NCBI GenBank assembly: GCA_965198005.1
Contig: CBDAOI010000003.1
Location: 480,001-544,000, forward strand
DNA: 64,000 bases
Origin: Spirochaetia bacterium
Lineage (GTDB): Bacteria; Spirochaetota; Spirochaetia; SZUA-6; Bin103
Reading direction: 5' to 3'
A model generated the notes under the pieces. It saw nothing but the letters and a program-made list of their open reading frames with translations, did no database searches and was not told where the DNA came from. The translations under genes were made by a program, and so were the position numbers. Shown here piece after piece: positions 31,975 to 42,298 of this stretch (positions are counted from its first letter, which is position 1; each line of letters starts with the position of its first letter).

Positions 31975-32937
31975 TCAGCCCGGGCTCAGGCCGAGTGCCG
32001 CGGCCAACTGCGCGAAGTCGGTGAGCAGCAGATCCGGCGGCCGGCCGGGGGCGGGATCGTCGTCCCGGAGCAGCAGCGAGGACGCGTCGCCGGCGAACAG
32101 GGCCGCGTGCAGCCCCGCCTGCTGCGCCGCCCACACGTCGTTGCGCAGGTCGTTGCCGACCATCAACAGTTGCTGCGGTTGCAGCCGGTGGTGCCGCGCC
32201 ATGCGCGCCGCGGCGGTGTGGTACAGCCGCGGTGACGGCTTGGCCTCGCCCTCGGCGAACGACCACACCGCCAGACGCGGGTCGAGCGCTACCTGCGGCA
32301 GCAGCGCCTGCAGCACCAGCGGCGTGATGAACTGGGCGTTGGAGACGATGCCCACCGCCAGCCGCCGCCGCTTGAGCGCCGCGATCGCGGCCGCGGCGCC
32401 GGGCATCGGCCATACCGGGTTGACGCGGCATTCGTAGCCCACCGCAACCCGCTCCACCTGTGCCACCTGTGCCACCTGTACGCCGGAGAGCGCTGCGCTC
32501 CACCGGCGGCGCACGTCCACCTCGGGCCACGTGAGGCCGCGTGCGCGGGCGGCGGCGTGCTGCGCCCGAACTCCCGCCTCGAAGCGGCCTACCAGCTCGG
32601 CCGCGGCGCCGGGCGCGGCCACGCCGGCGTCGGCCAGCGCCTGCTCCAGCGCCGCCGCCTTGGCGCCGTCGTCCGGCACAATCCTGCCGCTGGTGGCGGC
32701 GGACAGCAGCAGCGTGCCGTAGACGTCGAACAGCACCCCGCGGATGCCGCGCAACGGCCCGAGCCGCGGCACAATCGGCCCGCTACCGTCCCGCTCCGGC
32801 GTCACCGGCCGCGGGCAAAGCGGCCGTGACAAGCGCCGGATGTCGGCGCGCAGCGTACCCCACCGGTCGCCGGCCGGACCGGCTGCCGCAACCGCGCACC
32901 GCCCGGCGCCGGCAGTGGAGTCGCTCATGGTCGCCAT
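31975..32937 (-). CDS. HAD-family hydrolase
   Basis: FDVYGTL, IVSNA, AKPSP and MVGNDLRND motifs; start uncertain. Confidence 0.85.
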   Translation of the reverse strand: MATMSDSTAGAGRCAVAAAGPAGDRWGTLRADIRRLSRPLCPRPVTPERDGSGPIVPRLGPLRGIRGVLFDVYGTLLLSAATSGRIVPDDGAKAAALEQALADAGVAAPGAAAELVGRFEAGVRAQHAAARARGLTWPEVDVRRRWSAALSGVQVAQVAQVERVAVGYECRVNPVWPMPGAAAAIAALKRRRLAVGIVSNAQFITPLVLQALLPQVALDPRLAVWSFAEGEAKPSPRLYHTAAARMARHHRLQPQQLLMVGNDLRNDVWAAQQAGLHAALFAGDASSLLLRDDDPAPGRPPDLLLTDFAQLAAALGLSPG

Positions 32938-33021
32938 CGCGCGCCTGCATCGTAGCACATCGTCCGCGCCGGTTGCGCCGCGCTGCGCCGCGCTGCCGGC
33001 GCACCGTATAATCGGCGTGCG

Positions 33022-34122
33022 GTGACAGTGACCCTGCACCAGGGGTTGATCGTGCACGCCGACGGGCGCTTCGTGGCCGATCTCGAACTGGCCGACGGCG
33101 TGGTGCGCGCGTTGCGGCTGCCGGCGGTCACGCCCGCGGCCGACCCGGCGCTCGAGCTCACCGGCCGCATCGTGTTTCCGGGGCCGATCGTAGTACACCG
33201 GCCGGCCGGCGCCGGGTCGGTCACGGGCACGGCGGCCGGTGTGCAGGAGCCCGGCGCCACCGGTGGCGGCGTGGTGCTGCCGCAGCTCGCGCCCGCCGCC
33301 CGGCCGGCCCGGCCGCCGGCCGGCGCCGTGGACGCGGTGGCGGTGCCGGTGCTGCACCGCCCGATGCGCCAGCTCGAGGCACTGCCGGAGGCGGTATTCG
33401 GCAGCGGGCGGGCGGCGTTCGCGGTGGACGATGCGGGCGTGGCGGCCTGCGGCCGGCGCTCCGGCGGCCTGGACCTGCTGTGCCGCCTGCTGGCCGAATG
33501 CGGCGCCACCCTGCTGGTCCTGAGCGACCGGCAGGCAACCATGACCAGGGTCGCGGCGGCCGGCGCCGCGGCGCCTGCCTGCCGGGTCCTGCTCGCGCCC
33601 GCACGCGGGCCGGGCGTCGAGAGCGCGGTCGCCGTGACCGCCAGAGCCACCGGCGCCGGGACCAGCCGCGCGACCGGTGCCGCGGCCGGCGCCGCGGCCG
33701 GCCGCGGCCCGGCGGTGGCGGCGCCGTGGGAAGTGCTCGGCCGCTGGTGGCACGCGGTGCGGAGCGGCTCGATACAGGCGGTGAGCATCGCGGGCGCGGC
33801 CGCGCCGCCGTCGCTCCTGGCGGAGCTGTGGTGGCAGGGGGTGGCCAGCGGCTGCATCACCCTCGAACAGCTTGCCGCTCTGCTCGGCTGGCACCCGGCA
33901 CGCCTGCTCGGCCTTGCCGGCAAGGGCCGGCTCTACCCCGGCTACGACGCCGATCTGGCGGTGCTGGACCCCGAAGCGCGGGTCGGCGAGCGGCGCGGCC
34001 TGGTCACGCGGCTGCTGCGCCGCGGCGCCGACGCCCACCGGCAAGCCGGCCGCTGGATCGACGCCGTCGCCGTTCCCGAGCCGCGGCCAGCGGCCGCCGT
34101 CAGTCCCGCAGCCGGCGCTTGA
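33022..34122 (+). CDS. Degenerate amidohydrolase-superfamily (dihydropyrimidinase-like) protein
   Basis: N-terminal ...LTGRIVFPG and C-terminal HPARLLGL.GKGRL.PG.DADL.VLDP are retained; metal ligands are not evident. Confidence 0.6.
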   Translation: MTVTLHQGLIVHADGRFVADLELADGVVRALRLPAVTPAADPALELTGRIVFPGPIVVHRPAGAGSVTGTAAGVQEPGATGGGVVLPQLAPAARPARPPAGAVDAVAVPVLHRPMRQLEALPEAVFGSGRAAFAVDDAGVAACGRRSGGLDLLCRLLAECGATLLVLSDRQATMTRVAAAGAAAPACRVLLAPARGPGVESAVAVTARATGAGTSRATGAAAGAAAGRGPAVAAPWEVLGRWWHAVRSGSIQAVSIAGAAAPPSLLAELWWQGVASGCITLEQLAALLGWHPARLLGLAGKGRLYPGYDADLAVLDPEARVGERRGLVTRLLRRGADAHRQAGRWIDAVAVPEPRPAAAVSPAAGA

Positions 34123-34549
34123 GCGCCTCCAACTCGGCCGCGGCGCGCTGCTCGCTGTCGGCCCGCTCCAGTTCCTCGGCCAGCTCGTCGCGTTCGCCGG
34201 CCAGGGCCTGCAGCTCGGCCAGGAGCTGGTCCAGGTCTGCCGTCCGCGGCGCCTGCGCGCGCAACGACCGGAGCTGACTGCCGAGCACCTCGACCTGGGC
34301 CGCCAACTCCTGCTCCTCGGCCAGCAGCGTCCCGAGCTGCTCCTGCACCCGCGCCAGTTCCGCGCGGGCGGCGTCCCGCAACTGCGGCCGGCCGGCCGCC
34401 ACGGCCCGCCGGATCCGCTCCTCCCAGGTGCGCCGGACGTTCTCCAACTCGCGCTGCCGCTTGCGGGTCAGGCGCAGCGTGGTGAGGAACCCCAGCACGT
34501 AGCTGCGCGCCGCGGCCGGATCCATCCCGCTGAGGTCGGTCGCTTCCAT
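34100..34549 (-). CDS. Coiled-coil protein, PspA/IM30-like
   Basis: Helical; WEERI..A...GR..L..AA and ELEALKRRL patterns. Confidence 0.6.
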   Translation of the reverse strand: MEATDLSGMDPAAARSYVLGFLTTLRLTRKRQRELENVRRTWEERIRRAVAAGRPQLRDAARAELARVQEQLGTLLAEEQELAAQVEVLGSQLRSLRAQAPRTADLDQLLAELQALAGERDELAEELERADSEQRAAAELEALKRRLRD

Positions 34550-34592
34550 ATCCGCGCTATCCTACACCATCAGCCCTCACCGCCGACAGGTG

Positions 34593-34621
34593 TTGACTCG
34601 AGGCAACGTCTCTAGTAGCAT
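34593..34621 (+). promoter_or_regulatory. Putative sigma70 promoter
   Basis: TTGACT-17bp-TAGCAT followed by a GGAG RBS. Confidence 0.5.
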
Positions 34622-34636
34622 TTGGAGATCCAGCAT

Positions 34637-35173
34637 ATGTCGGTTTATCAGTTTACGTTGATACTGGAAGGGCCGGACCTGCAGGGCGACGCGGCCATTG
34701 ACGCTCTGTTTGAAGCCGGTTGTGATGATGCTCTGGTCGGCCGCACCGACGGAGTACAGTACGTTGACTTCGACCGCGAGGCGCCGGGTCCGGAAAGTGC
34801 TTTTCTGTCGGCGATCTCCGATGTGGAACGAGTCAAGGGAGTCGAAGTGATCCGGCTTGCCAATGAAGGACTCGTCTCCATGGCGGAAATTGCAGCCCAC
34901 GTGGGACGGACCCGCGAAAGTGTTCGGCTACTGGTCAGGGGTGAGCGGGGACCGGGAGGATTCCCGGCCCCGGTGACCGACCCTCGTACGCGCTACCGGC
35001 TTTGGCGCTGGTCGGAGGTCAGCCGCTGGTTCGAGACCAACTACGACGAACAGCCCATGCGTCGAGATGCGCATATTGCCGCTGCCGTTAACGCAGGTCT
35101 GGAGTTGCGTCGCTACGGCCGCTTGGCAAGGGCGGAGCAGCGCGCAGAACTGAGTCAGCTTATCGGCTTCTGA
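34637..35173 (+). CDS. Putative DNA-binding/antitoxin-like protein
   Basis: LFEAGCDDA..DFDREA N-domain and HTH-like VSMAEIA..VGRTRESVRLL followed by GFPAP; lower GC than neighbours. Confidence 0.65.
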   Translation: MSVYQFTLILEGPDLQGDAAIDALFEAGCDDALVGRTDGVQYVDFDREAPGPESAFLSAISDVERVKGVEVIRLANEGLVSMAEIAAHVGRTRESVRLLVRGERGPGGFPAPVTDPRTRYRLWRWSEVSRWFETNYDEQPMRRDAHIAAAVNAGLELRRYGRLARAEQRAELSQLIGF

Positions 35174-35227
35174 CGCGCTGATTCACCAGGGGTCTGTCAC
35201 AAGCGGTCCGCGAGGAGGGGGTGGAAA

Positions 35228-35962
35228 TTGACCGTACGCGGCGGGGGCCGACGACAGCAGCAACGGAGCGCAGCACCGGCTGCCGTAACCGCCGAAGAGC
35301 TCCTGGACGACGGCCTGCGGCGGTTGCGGCTGGCAGGGGAGCCGCCGCTCGCGCGGCCGCTGTTGCGGTTCATCGATCTGATCGAGGGCGCCAACCCGGT
35401 GTACCGGCTGGTCGATGCCGATCGGACCCGCCTGGTGACCCATCACGTACTCGACAGCCTGGCTGCCGTCCCCGTGCTGCGCACCTTCGAGCCGCGCGCC
35501 ACGCTGCTGGACGTCGGCAGCGGCGCCGGGTTGCCCGGCGTCCCGCTGGCGCTGGCGCTGCCCGAAGTACGGGTGACGCTGCTTGAGCGCAGCACGCGGC
35601 GGGCGGAGTTTCTCCGGCACGTACGCCGCGAGTTGCCGCTGCCGGGTGTCCGCATCGTCGACCGGCCGCTGGCCGCGGCCGGAGCCGAGACCTACGACCT
35701 GATCGTCTGCCGCGCGGTGGCGCCGCTGGCCCGCCTGCTGCCCGACCTGGCGCGGCTGGCGCGCCGCGGGCACGCGCTGCACGCGCGCACGACCGTGGTC
35801 GTCTATCAGGGGACCGCCGCCACCGTGCGCGCCGAGTTGGCCCGCCCCGAGCTCCAGGCTCGAAGGTCGCTGCGCGTCCGCGTGGTCGCGCTGCAGGTTC
35901 CCCAGCTCGCCGCGGAGCGCCACCTGATCATGCTCACCGGGTTCGCCCCGGGCCGGTCGTGA
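35228..35962 (+). CDS. rsmG: 16S rRNA m7G527 methyltransferase
   Basis: HVLDSL, DVGSGAGLPG, LLE...RR..FL and RAVA motifs. Confidence 0.9.
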   Translation: MTVRGGGRRQQQRSAAPAAVTAEELLDDGLRRLRLAGEPPLARPLLRFIDLIEGANPVYRLVDADRTRLVTHHVLDSLAAVPVLRTFEPRATLLDVGSGAGLPGVPLALALPEVRVTLLERSTRRAEFLRHVRRELPLPGVRIVDRPLAAAGAETYDLIVCRAVAPLARLLPDLARLARRGHALHARTTVVVYQGTAATVRAELARPELQARRSLRVRVVALQVPQLAAERHLIMLTGFAPGRS

Positions 35963-36783
35963 CGCTTACCTGGTGGCAGTCGCTGGCGCTGGGCGCACTC
36001 CAGGGCGCGACCGAATTCCTGCCGGTCTCCAGTTCCGGCCACCTGATCCTGCTGCGCGCGGTGCTCGGCATGGGCGAGGTGCCGTTGCTGTTCGACGTGT
36101 TGCTGCACGTCGCGACGCTGGCGGCGGTCGGCGTGGTGTTTCGCCGGCGGCTGGGGGAGCTGGCCTGTGCCGCGCTCGATCTCGCCCGCCCGGAGCCGCT
36201 CCGCCGCGGCCGCGCCGCCGACCGCCGGCTGCTGTTGTTGCTGCTGGTGGCCACGGTGGTCACCGCCGGCATCGGCCTGCTGCTGGGCCGGCTGGGCCTG
36301 CCGCGCGAACCGCGCCTGGCGGCGGCGATGCTGCTGGTCACCGCCGCTCTGCTGGTGGGCGCGCGGGTGCTGCGCGGTCAGGCGCTGCCGCGCCGCGGCT
36401 GGCAGCCGGGCTGGCGCTGGGCGCTGGTCGTGGGAATCGCCCAGGGACTGGCCGTGCTGCCCGGCCTATCACGCTCGGGCGTGACCATGGCCACCGCGAT
36501 TCTTGCGGGAGCCGACCGGGAAGCCGCGGCCGAGTTCTCGTTCCTGGCCGCGATCCCGGCAATCGCCGGCGCATTGCTGGTTACGCTGCCCGATCTGCCG
36601 GCGCTGGCGGCGGGCGGCGGCGGTGTCGGGCCCCTGGTGGCGGGCATGGCCGCGGCGTTCGCGGTGGGGTGGGGCGCCCTGGCCCTCCTGCTGCGGATCG
36701 TGCGCCGTGGCCGGCTGCACCTGTTTGCCCTCTACCTGGTACCGGCCGGCGTGCTCGCCCTGGCATTGATCGGCCCCGGCTGA
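35959..36783 (+). CDS. uppP: Undecaprenyl-diphosphate phosphatase
   Basis: QGATEFLPVSSSGH, PGLSRSG.T and EFSFL motifs. Confidence 0.95.
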   Translation: MTLTWWQSLALGALQGATEFLPVSSSGHLILLRAVLGMGEVPLLFDVLLHVATLAAVGVVFRRRLGELACAALDLARPEPLRRGRAADRRLLLLLLVATVVTAGIGLLLGRLGLPREPRLAAAMLLVTAALLVGARVLRGQALPRRGWQPGWRWALVVGIAQGLAVLPGLSRSGVTMATAILAGADREAAAEFSFLAAIPAIAGALLVTLPDLPALAAGGGGVGPLVAGMAAAFAVGWGALALLLRIVRRGRLHLFALYLVPAGVLALALIGPG

Positions 36784-36877
36784 CGGCTGCTTCGACCGCG
36801 CACTGCAGGGGGCGGTGGCCGCCCTTAGGCCCTTCAGGCCACTCCGCCCGCGCGCCTCGCCTGCCGATACTGAGGGT

Positions 36878-39249
36878 ATGGCAGACGAGCCGCTTGCCGA
36901 CGGCGCCCCGCCGGCGGGGACAGATGCGCCCTGGTACGCTTGGCTCCCGGGCAACGGCCTGCAGCGCTGGCTGGCGGTGGGGCTGGCGGCCGTGGCTACC
37001 CTGCTGCTCGCCTCGCTCGTTCCGTTCCTGGCCGCAGGGCGGCCGCAGGCGGCTCGGTTTCCGCTGACGGTAGTCTACGCTCCGGCGTGGTTCCTGTTCG
37101 ACGCGTTCTTCTGGCTGGCACTGCTGATCCCCGCACTGTGCTATGCCTACGTGTACGTGCTGCTCAGCCGCCAGGTGCGGCGGGAAGTGATGACCGTGCT
37201 GATCCCCGCCGGGTTGATCATCCTCACCGTAAGCACGCTGTTCCACGTTGTGGCCGCCGGCAGCCAGACCCGGGCCGCGCCGGTCGCGAGCGCGCTGGTG
37301 CTGTTCTTCGGCCGCGTGCCGGCCGCGGTCCTGGTGGCGCTCGCCGCCCTGCTCGAGGCGCTCGCGATTGTCGCCCTGTGCGTGCGCTTGGCGCGTGCTC
37401 CGGCTCCGGCGCCGCTCCCCTTCACCCGACCGCAGGCGGGCGCGGCCGAGTCCGGCGTGGCCGATCAATCGGCCGCCGTGCAGAACGGAACCCACGCGCC
37501 TGATCCGGAGCCGAGCGAACCCTGCCCGGACGACCTGAGCGCCATGGCAGCATCGGAGGTCGGTCGGCCGGACCCGGAACCCGCCGCACCCGACGCTGCC
37601 GCAGCCGACGCTGCCGCACCCGACGCTGCCGCACCCGACGCTGCCACACCCGACGCTGCCGCACCCGACGCTGCCGCACCCGACGACGCCGCGCCCGCCG
37701 CACCCGACGCTGCCGCACCCGACGCGACGCCGCCGCCGCCCCCCCCGACGACGACGCCACCGCCGCACCCGCGCCCGTCGCGCGTTCGGCCGCCTCCCGC
37801 ACCGCCCGCAGTCGGCGCCGCGGCTACCACGTCCCGCTGGAGGTTCTCGACGAGTACCGGACGGAAGAGCCGGCGCGGGTTGAGCAGGACACCAGCGCCG
37901 CCGCCGACACCCTCATGGCGACCCTGGCGGAGTTCAAGATCGACGCCGAGGTCACCGGCATCCGGCGCGGTCCGGTCATCACCATGTTCGAGATCCTGCC
38001 GGCGCCGGGAGTCAAGATCTCCCGCATCGTCAACCTGGCGGACAACATCGCGCTCCGGCTGGCGGCATCGCGGGTGCGCATCGTGGCGCCGATCCCGGGC
38101 AAGCACGCGGTCGGGATCGAGGTGCCCAACCGGCACCGGGCCATCGTCTCGTTCCGCGAGATCGTCAGCCTGCCGCAGTTCAAGCCGGCTCCGAGGAAGC
38201 CCTCCGCGGGCATCCCCATAGTCCTCGGCAAGGACATCACCGGCGAGGCGCAGATCGTGGACCTCGCCGCCACTCCGCATCTCCTGATCGCCGGCGCGAC
38301 CGGGTCCGGCAAGTCGGTGCTGGTCAACTCGCTGATCTGCTCGATTCTGTATGCCCGTACCCAGGAACAGGTGCGCCTGCTGCTGATCGATCCCAAGATC
38401 GTCGAGCTCAAGCTCTACAACGACGTGCCGCATCTGCTCACGCCGGTGATCACCGATCCCAAGCGCGCGTTCCAGGCGCTGCAGTACTGCCTGTACGAGA
38501 TGGAGCGCCGTTACGCCTTGCTCGACGGGCTCGGCGTGCGCGACATCACCTCCTTCAACCGCAAGGTTACGGGCGGGGACGTGCAGCTCACCACCGGCCC
38601 CCTGCCCTACCTGGTGATCGTGATCGACGAGTTCGCGGACCTGATGGCCACCACCGGCAAGGAGCTGGAGTCGACCCTGGCGCGGCTGGCGGCGATGGCA
38701 CGGGCGGTGGGAATCCACATCGTGCTCGCCACCCAGCGCCCCTCGATCGACGTGATCACCGGTCTGATCAAGGCCAACATCCCCTCCCGCATCGCCTTCA
38801 TGGTGGCCGGCAAGTTCGACTCGCGCATCATCATCGACGCCGTGGGCGCAGAAAAGCTGCTCGGCCGCGGCGACATGCTGTTCGCGCCCGCCTGGGACGC
38901 CAACCCGGTGCGCATCCAGGGGGCGTTCCTGTCCGAGGATGAGGTCGAGCGGATCGCGGCGTGCGTGCGCGAGCTGGGCGAGCCGGACTACATCGACGAA
39001 GACCTGCTGTTCGACGAGGAAGCCAGTCCGAACCTGGAGCCGGGCGGCAACGATCCGTTGATGGAGGAAGCGCTGGAGGTGGTGATAGCCGCCGGCAAGG
39101 CCTCGGCCTCCTATCTCCAGCGCAAGCTCAAGATCGGCTACAACCGGGCCGCCCGGATGGTGGAGGAGATGGAGCAGCGCGGCATCGTCGGTCCCGCCTA
39201 CGGCAGCAAGCCGCGCGAACTCCTGCACGTACCGAGCCGCGGCGAATGA
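36878..39249 (+). CDS. ftsK: DNA translocase FtsK, with a frameshift in the linker at about 37721-37746
   Basis: TM domain in one frame; motor (HLLIAGATGSGKS, IDEFAD, ATQRPS) and gamma domain (LQRKLKIGYNRAAR) in another. Confidence 0.92.
37583..37725 (+). repeat. 15-bp coding tandem repeat (PDAAA) in the FtsK linker, about 9 imperfect units
   Basis: cccgacgctgccgca is repeated. Confidence 0.92.
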
Positions 39250-39253
39250 TCGA

Positions 39254-39952
39254 TCATTCCTGGGCTTCCATGGCGCGCACCGCGGCCGCGATCGTCGCGG
39301 CCGCCATCGCCAGGGGCATCACCTCCGAATTGATCACCAGATGGTAGAGGGCGTTGCTGTTCCAGTCGACGTGATAGTTGCGATGAATGAACGCCGCCCG
39401 CCGCCGGTCACTCAGCCGCACCTGCTGCAGGGCATCGCGAAACGACAGGTTCTCCTCGGCCGCGTGGCGCTCGGCCCGCGCCTCCTCCGCGGCGACGATC
39501 CGGACCCGGATGGTGTGCGGATCGTCGCGCAGCAGCATCATGCCGCCGCGGCCGACGATGATCACCCGCCCGCGCTCGGCCAAGCGACGGATCGTCTGCT
39601 GAATCACCCGATGGTAGCCCTGGCGGTCGAGGAAGTGCATCTCCTCGCTTACGTCGGCGTCGGCCGGCGGCACGAAGATCCCACCGGGGCCGTGATAGGA
39701 GAGATCGACCAGCGATGAGGAGGGCATGCTGACGAGGTTCTCCATGCTGAACCAGCGGCCCAGGAAGCCGCGGATGCCGGGCTCCTCCACCTCGTCGATC
39801 TCGGCCACCTCTTCCTCGGCTACGCGGGCACTCCTGGCCACCTCGGTGATCAGCCCCTTGTCGACGACTTCGTAGTTCAACAACTCCGCCGCCCGTACGC
39901 CGATGGCGCGCGCTCCGCTCCCGAGCTGACGGGATATGGTCACTACTGCCAC
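39254..39952 (-). CDS. Cytidylate kinase-like family protein
   Basis: VTISRQLGSGA, IIVGRGG, DRRR..F and YHLVINS motifs; GGGAGG RBS. Confidence 0.88.
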   Translation of the reverse strand: MAVVTISRQLGSGARAIGVRAAELLNYEVVDKGLITEVARSARVAEEEVAEIDEVEEPGIRGFLGRWFSMENLVSMPSSSLVDLSYHGPGGIFVPPADADVSEEMHFLDRQGYHRVIQQTIRRLAERGRVIIVGRGGMMLLRDDPHTIRVRIVAAEEARAERHAAEENLSFRDALQQVRLSDRRRAAFIHRNYHVDWNSNALYHLVINSEVMPLAMAAATIAAAVRAMEAQE

Positions 39953-39968
39953 GGTCAACCTCCCGCTC

Positions 39969-40042
<74 letters not shown>

Positions 40043-40074
40043 CCGTTCCAATGAGCAGCATCACCGGCCGGCTG

Positions 40075-41406
40075 TCAATGCCCCCCTGCTCCCCCTGCCT
40101 CGGCCGTCCCGGCCCCGAGCGTCGCCGCGTGCCGGCGAATCGCGCGTACCCGCTCCACCAGCGTGGGATGCGAGTAGTGATAGCCGCTGTACCACGGGTG
40201 GGGGTGCAGATTGCTCAGGTTGTCGGTGCCGAGCTTGACCAGCGCCCCTTCCATCCCGTGCGCGCCGCCGGTGGCGGTCACCGCGTAGCGGTCGGCCTCA
40301 TATTCGTGGCGGCGCGACCAGCCCGTGAGCACCGGACTGAGCAGGAACAGCGCCGGCCCCGAGACCAGGGAGAGGATGATCAGCGCAGCGTGCGAGCTGG
40401 GTGCGCCGGCGCCCGCGGCGTCGACGAATCCGAACGCCGCGAACCACGCCGGTTGCTGCAGCAACACGCTCATCAGCCAGAGGCCGGCCAGCGTCAGCGT
40501 CAGGCTCAGCGCGAGGTGCTTGCCTACGTGGCGCCGTTTCTCGTGGCCGATCTCGTGCGCCAGCACCGCCTCCACCTGCGGCTCGTCCAGCGCGCTGAGC
40601 AGGGTGTCGAACAGCACGATCCGCTTGGCGCGGCCGAACCCGGTGAAGTAGGCGTTGCTGTGGCGCGAGCGGCGGCTGCCGTCCATCACGAGGATGGCGC
40701 GCACCTTGAACTGCAGGCGGAAGGCCAGCCCCACCAGCCGCTCGCGCAGGGAGCCCGCCTCCAGCGGCTGGAAGCGGTTGAACAGCGGCGCGATCAGCGG
40801 CTGGTAGAGGTAGGTCATCACGAGCTGGAAGGCGGCGATGAAGGCGAACGCGTAGATCCACCACAGCGCCCCGGTCGTGGCCATGAACCAGAACAGCCCC
40901 AACAGCAGCGGCACGCCGAGAACCAGGGACAGCAGCGTGCTCTTGACCAGGTCGAGCACGAAGGTGCGTCCGTTCATGCGGTTGAACCCGAACCGCTGCT
41001 CGATCACGAACTGGCCGTAGACGCGGCCGGGCAGCGCCAGCACGATGCCGGCGGCTCCCAGCAGAAACAGCAGCACGACTCCGGCCAACGCCGGTGACGC
41101 GATCCCCCATCCCTGCAGCGTGCCGGTGACCCACCGGTCGAGGATGCCGAGGACACCGCTGGCGATCACGGCCAGGGTAACCGCCACCTTCACCGCGCGC
41201 GTGACCAGAGCCAGCCCGCTGCGGGCGCGCAGGTAGTTGCCCATGCGCGCGGCGGTGGGGGCATCCACCACCCCGGTCAGCTCCGGCGGCGGTTCGGCGT
41301 GGCGGGCGGCGTGGCGCAGGTTGAGCAAAGTCAGGAACGCCTCCCACGCCTGCTGCACGGCGTACAGGACGATCCACGCGGTCAATACAGTAGCGGCCGA
41401 CATCAC
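40075..41406 (-). CDS. M48 (Ste24-like) membrane zinc metallopeptidase
   Basis: NAYFTGFG..KRIVLFDTL, AHEIGH, EYEADRYA and YSHP motifs. Confidence 0.95.
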   Translation of the reverse strand: MMSAATVLTAWIVLYAVQQAWEAFLTLLNLRHAARHAEPPPELTGVVDAPTAARMGNYLRARSGLALVTRAVKVAVTLAVIASGVLGILDRWVTGTLQGWGIASPALAGVVLLFLLGAAGIVLALPGRVYGQFVIEQRFGFNRMNGRTFVLDLVKSTLLSLVLGVPLLLGLFWFMATTGALWWIYAFAFIAAFQLVMTYLYQPLIAPLFNRFQPLEAGSLRERLVGLAFRLQFKVRAILVMDGSRRSRHSNAYFTGFGRAKRIVLFDTLLSALDEPQVEAVLAHEIGHEKRRHVGKHLALSLTLTLAGLWLMSVLLQQPAWFAAFGFVDAAGAGAPSSHAALIILSLVSGPALFLLSPVLTGWSRRHEYEADRYAVTATGGAHGMEGALVKLGTDNLSNLHPHPWYSGYHYSHPTLVERVRAIRRHAATLGAGTAEAGGAGGH

Positions 41407-41598
41407 GCCCAGAGTGTACGCCGCGACCTGCCGCCACGGCTACGCACCTCTGAATCTGAAGCAGCAGCGAAACGCCACCGTCGTAACCAGTACGGTCCCC
41501 CCGGACGACCCCAGGGCGATGGCGGCGCGGCACGGGCGACACCCCAGCCCGCTCCGTGGTAGGCTCGCAACGGGGAAAGGGGCACCGCAGAGGTGTAC

Positions 41599-42285
41599 AT
41601 GAGCGTAGAGTTGATCGGCATCATTGCGGCAGCGGTAGGTCTCGGCACCGTCATGCTCACGTCGATGCGCGGCGTTCGCCGAGAGGTGCACGACCTGCGC
41701 GGCGAGGTGCAGGCGGTTGAGCGCGGACTCCGCGGCGAGATGAAGGCACAGTTCCAGGAACTGCGAGACGAAACCAAGGCGGTCGGCGCCGGGCTCTGGA
41801 AGGACATCAAGGCGGTCGATGGCCGGCTCAGTGACCAAATCAAGGCGGTGGATACCGGCGTCAGGAATGAGTTCAAGGCGCTCGATAGCCGGCTCAGTGA
41901 CCAAATCAAGGCGGTGGATACCGGCCTCAGGAATGAGTTCAAGGCGCTCGATGGCCGGCTCAGTGACCAAGTCAAGGCGGTGGATACCGGCCTCAGGAAT
42001 GAGTTCAAGGCGCTCGATGGCCGGCTCAGTGACCAAATCAAGGCGGTGGATACCGGCGTCAGAGATCAGGGCGCCGAGTTGCGGGACGAAATCAGGGCGG
42101 TCGATACCGGGCTTCGGGGCGAAGTCGGAGGATTGCGCGCCGAAATGCGGGCCGGCTTCAAGGAACTTGCGGCGCGGCTCGTCAACGTCGGAGACCGGCT
42201 ATCGAAGGTCGAGGGGATCATCGAAGGAATGTTCTGGGGCGTGCGCAACGGGCCACCGGAAAAGCCGCGGCAGGGTGTCGCGTAG
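41599..42285 (+). CDS. N-terminally anchored coiled-coil repeat protein
   Basis: Hydrophobic N-terminus, 11-aa periodic repeats, terminal RLSKVEG.IEG; GAGG RBS. Confidence 0.8.
   Translation: MSVELIGIIAAAVGLGTVMLTSMRGVRREVHDLRGEVQAVERGLRGEMKAQFQELRDETKAVGAGLWKDIKAVDGRLSDQIKAVDTGVRNEFKALDSRLSDQIKAVDTGLRNEFKALDGRLSDQVKAVDTGLRNEFKALDGRLSDQIKAVDTGVRDQGAELRDEIRAVDTGLRGEVGGLRAEMRAGFKELAARLVNVGDRLSKVEGIIEGMFWGVRNGPPEKPRQGVA
41818..42062 (+). repeat. 66-bp tandem repeat, about 3.7 copies
   Basis: Units start at 41818, 41884, 41950 and 42016 and encode DGRLSDQIKAVDTG(V/L)RNEFKAL. Confidence 0.95.
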
Positions 42286-42298
42286 CTGGTCACGCGGC

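Noticed and set aside
41818-42062. CRISPR-like 66-bp periodicity
   Set aside because: The whole unit is repeated in frame within a protein; there are no unique spacers.
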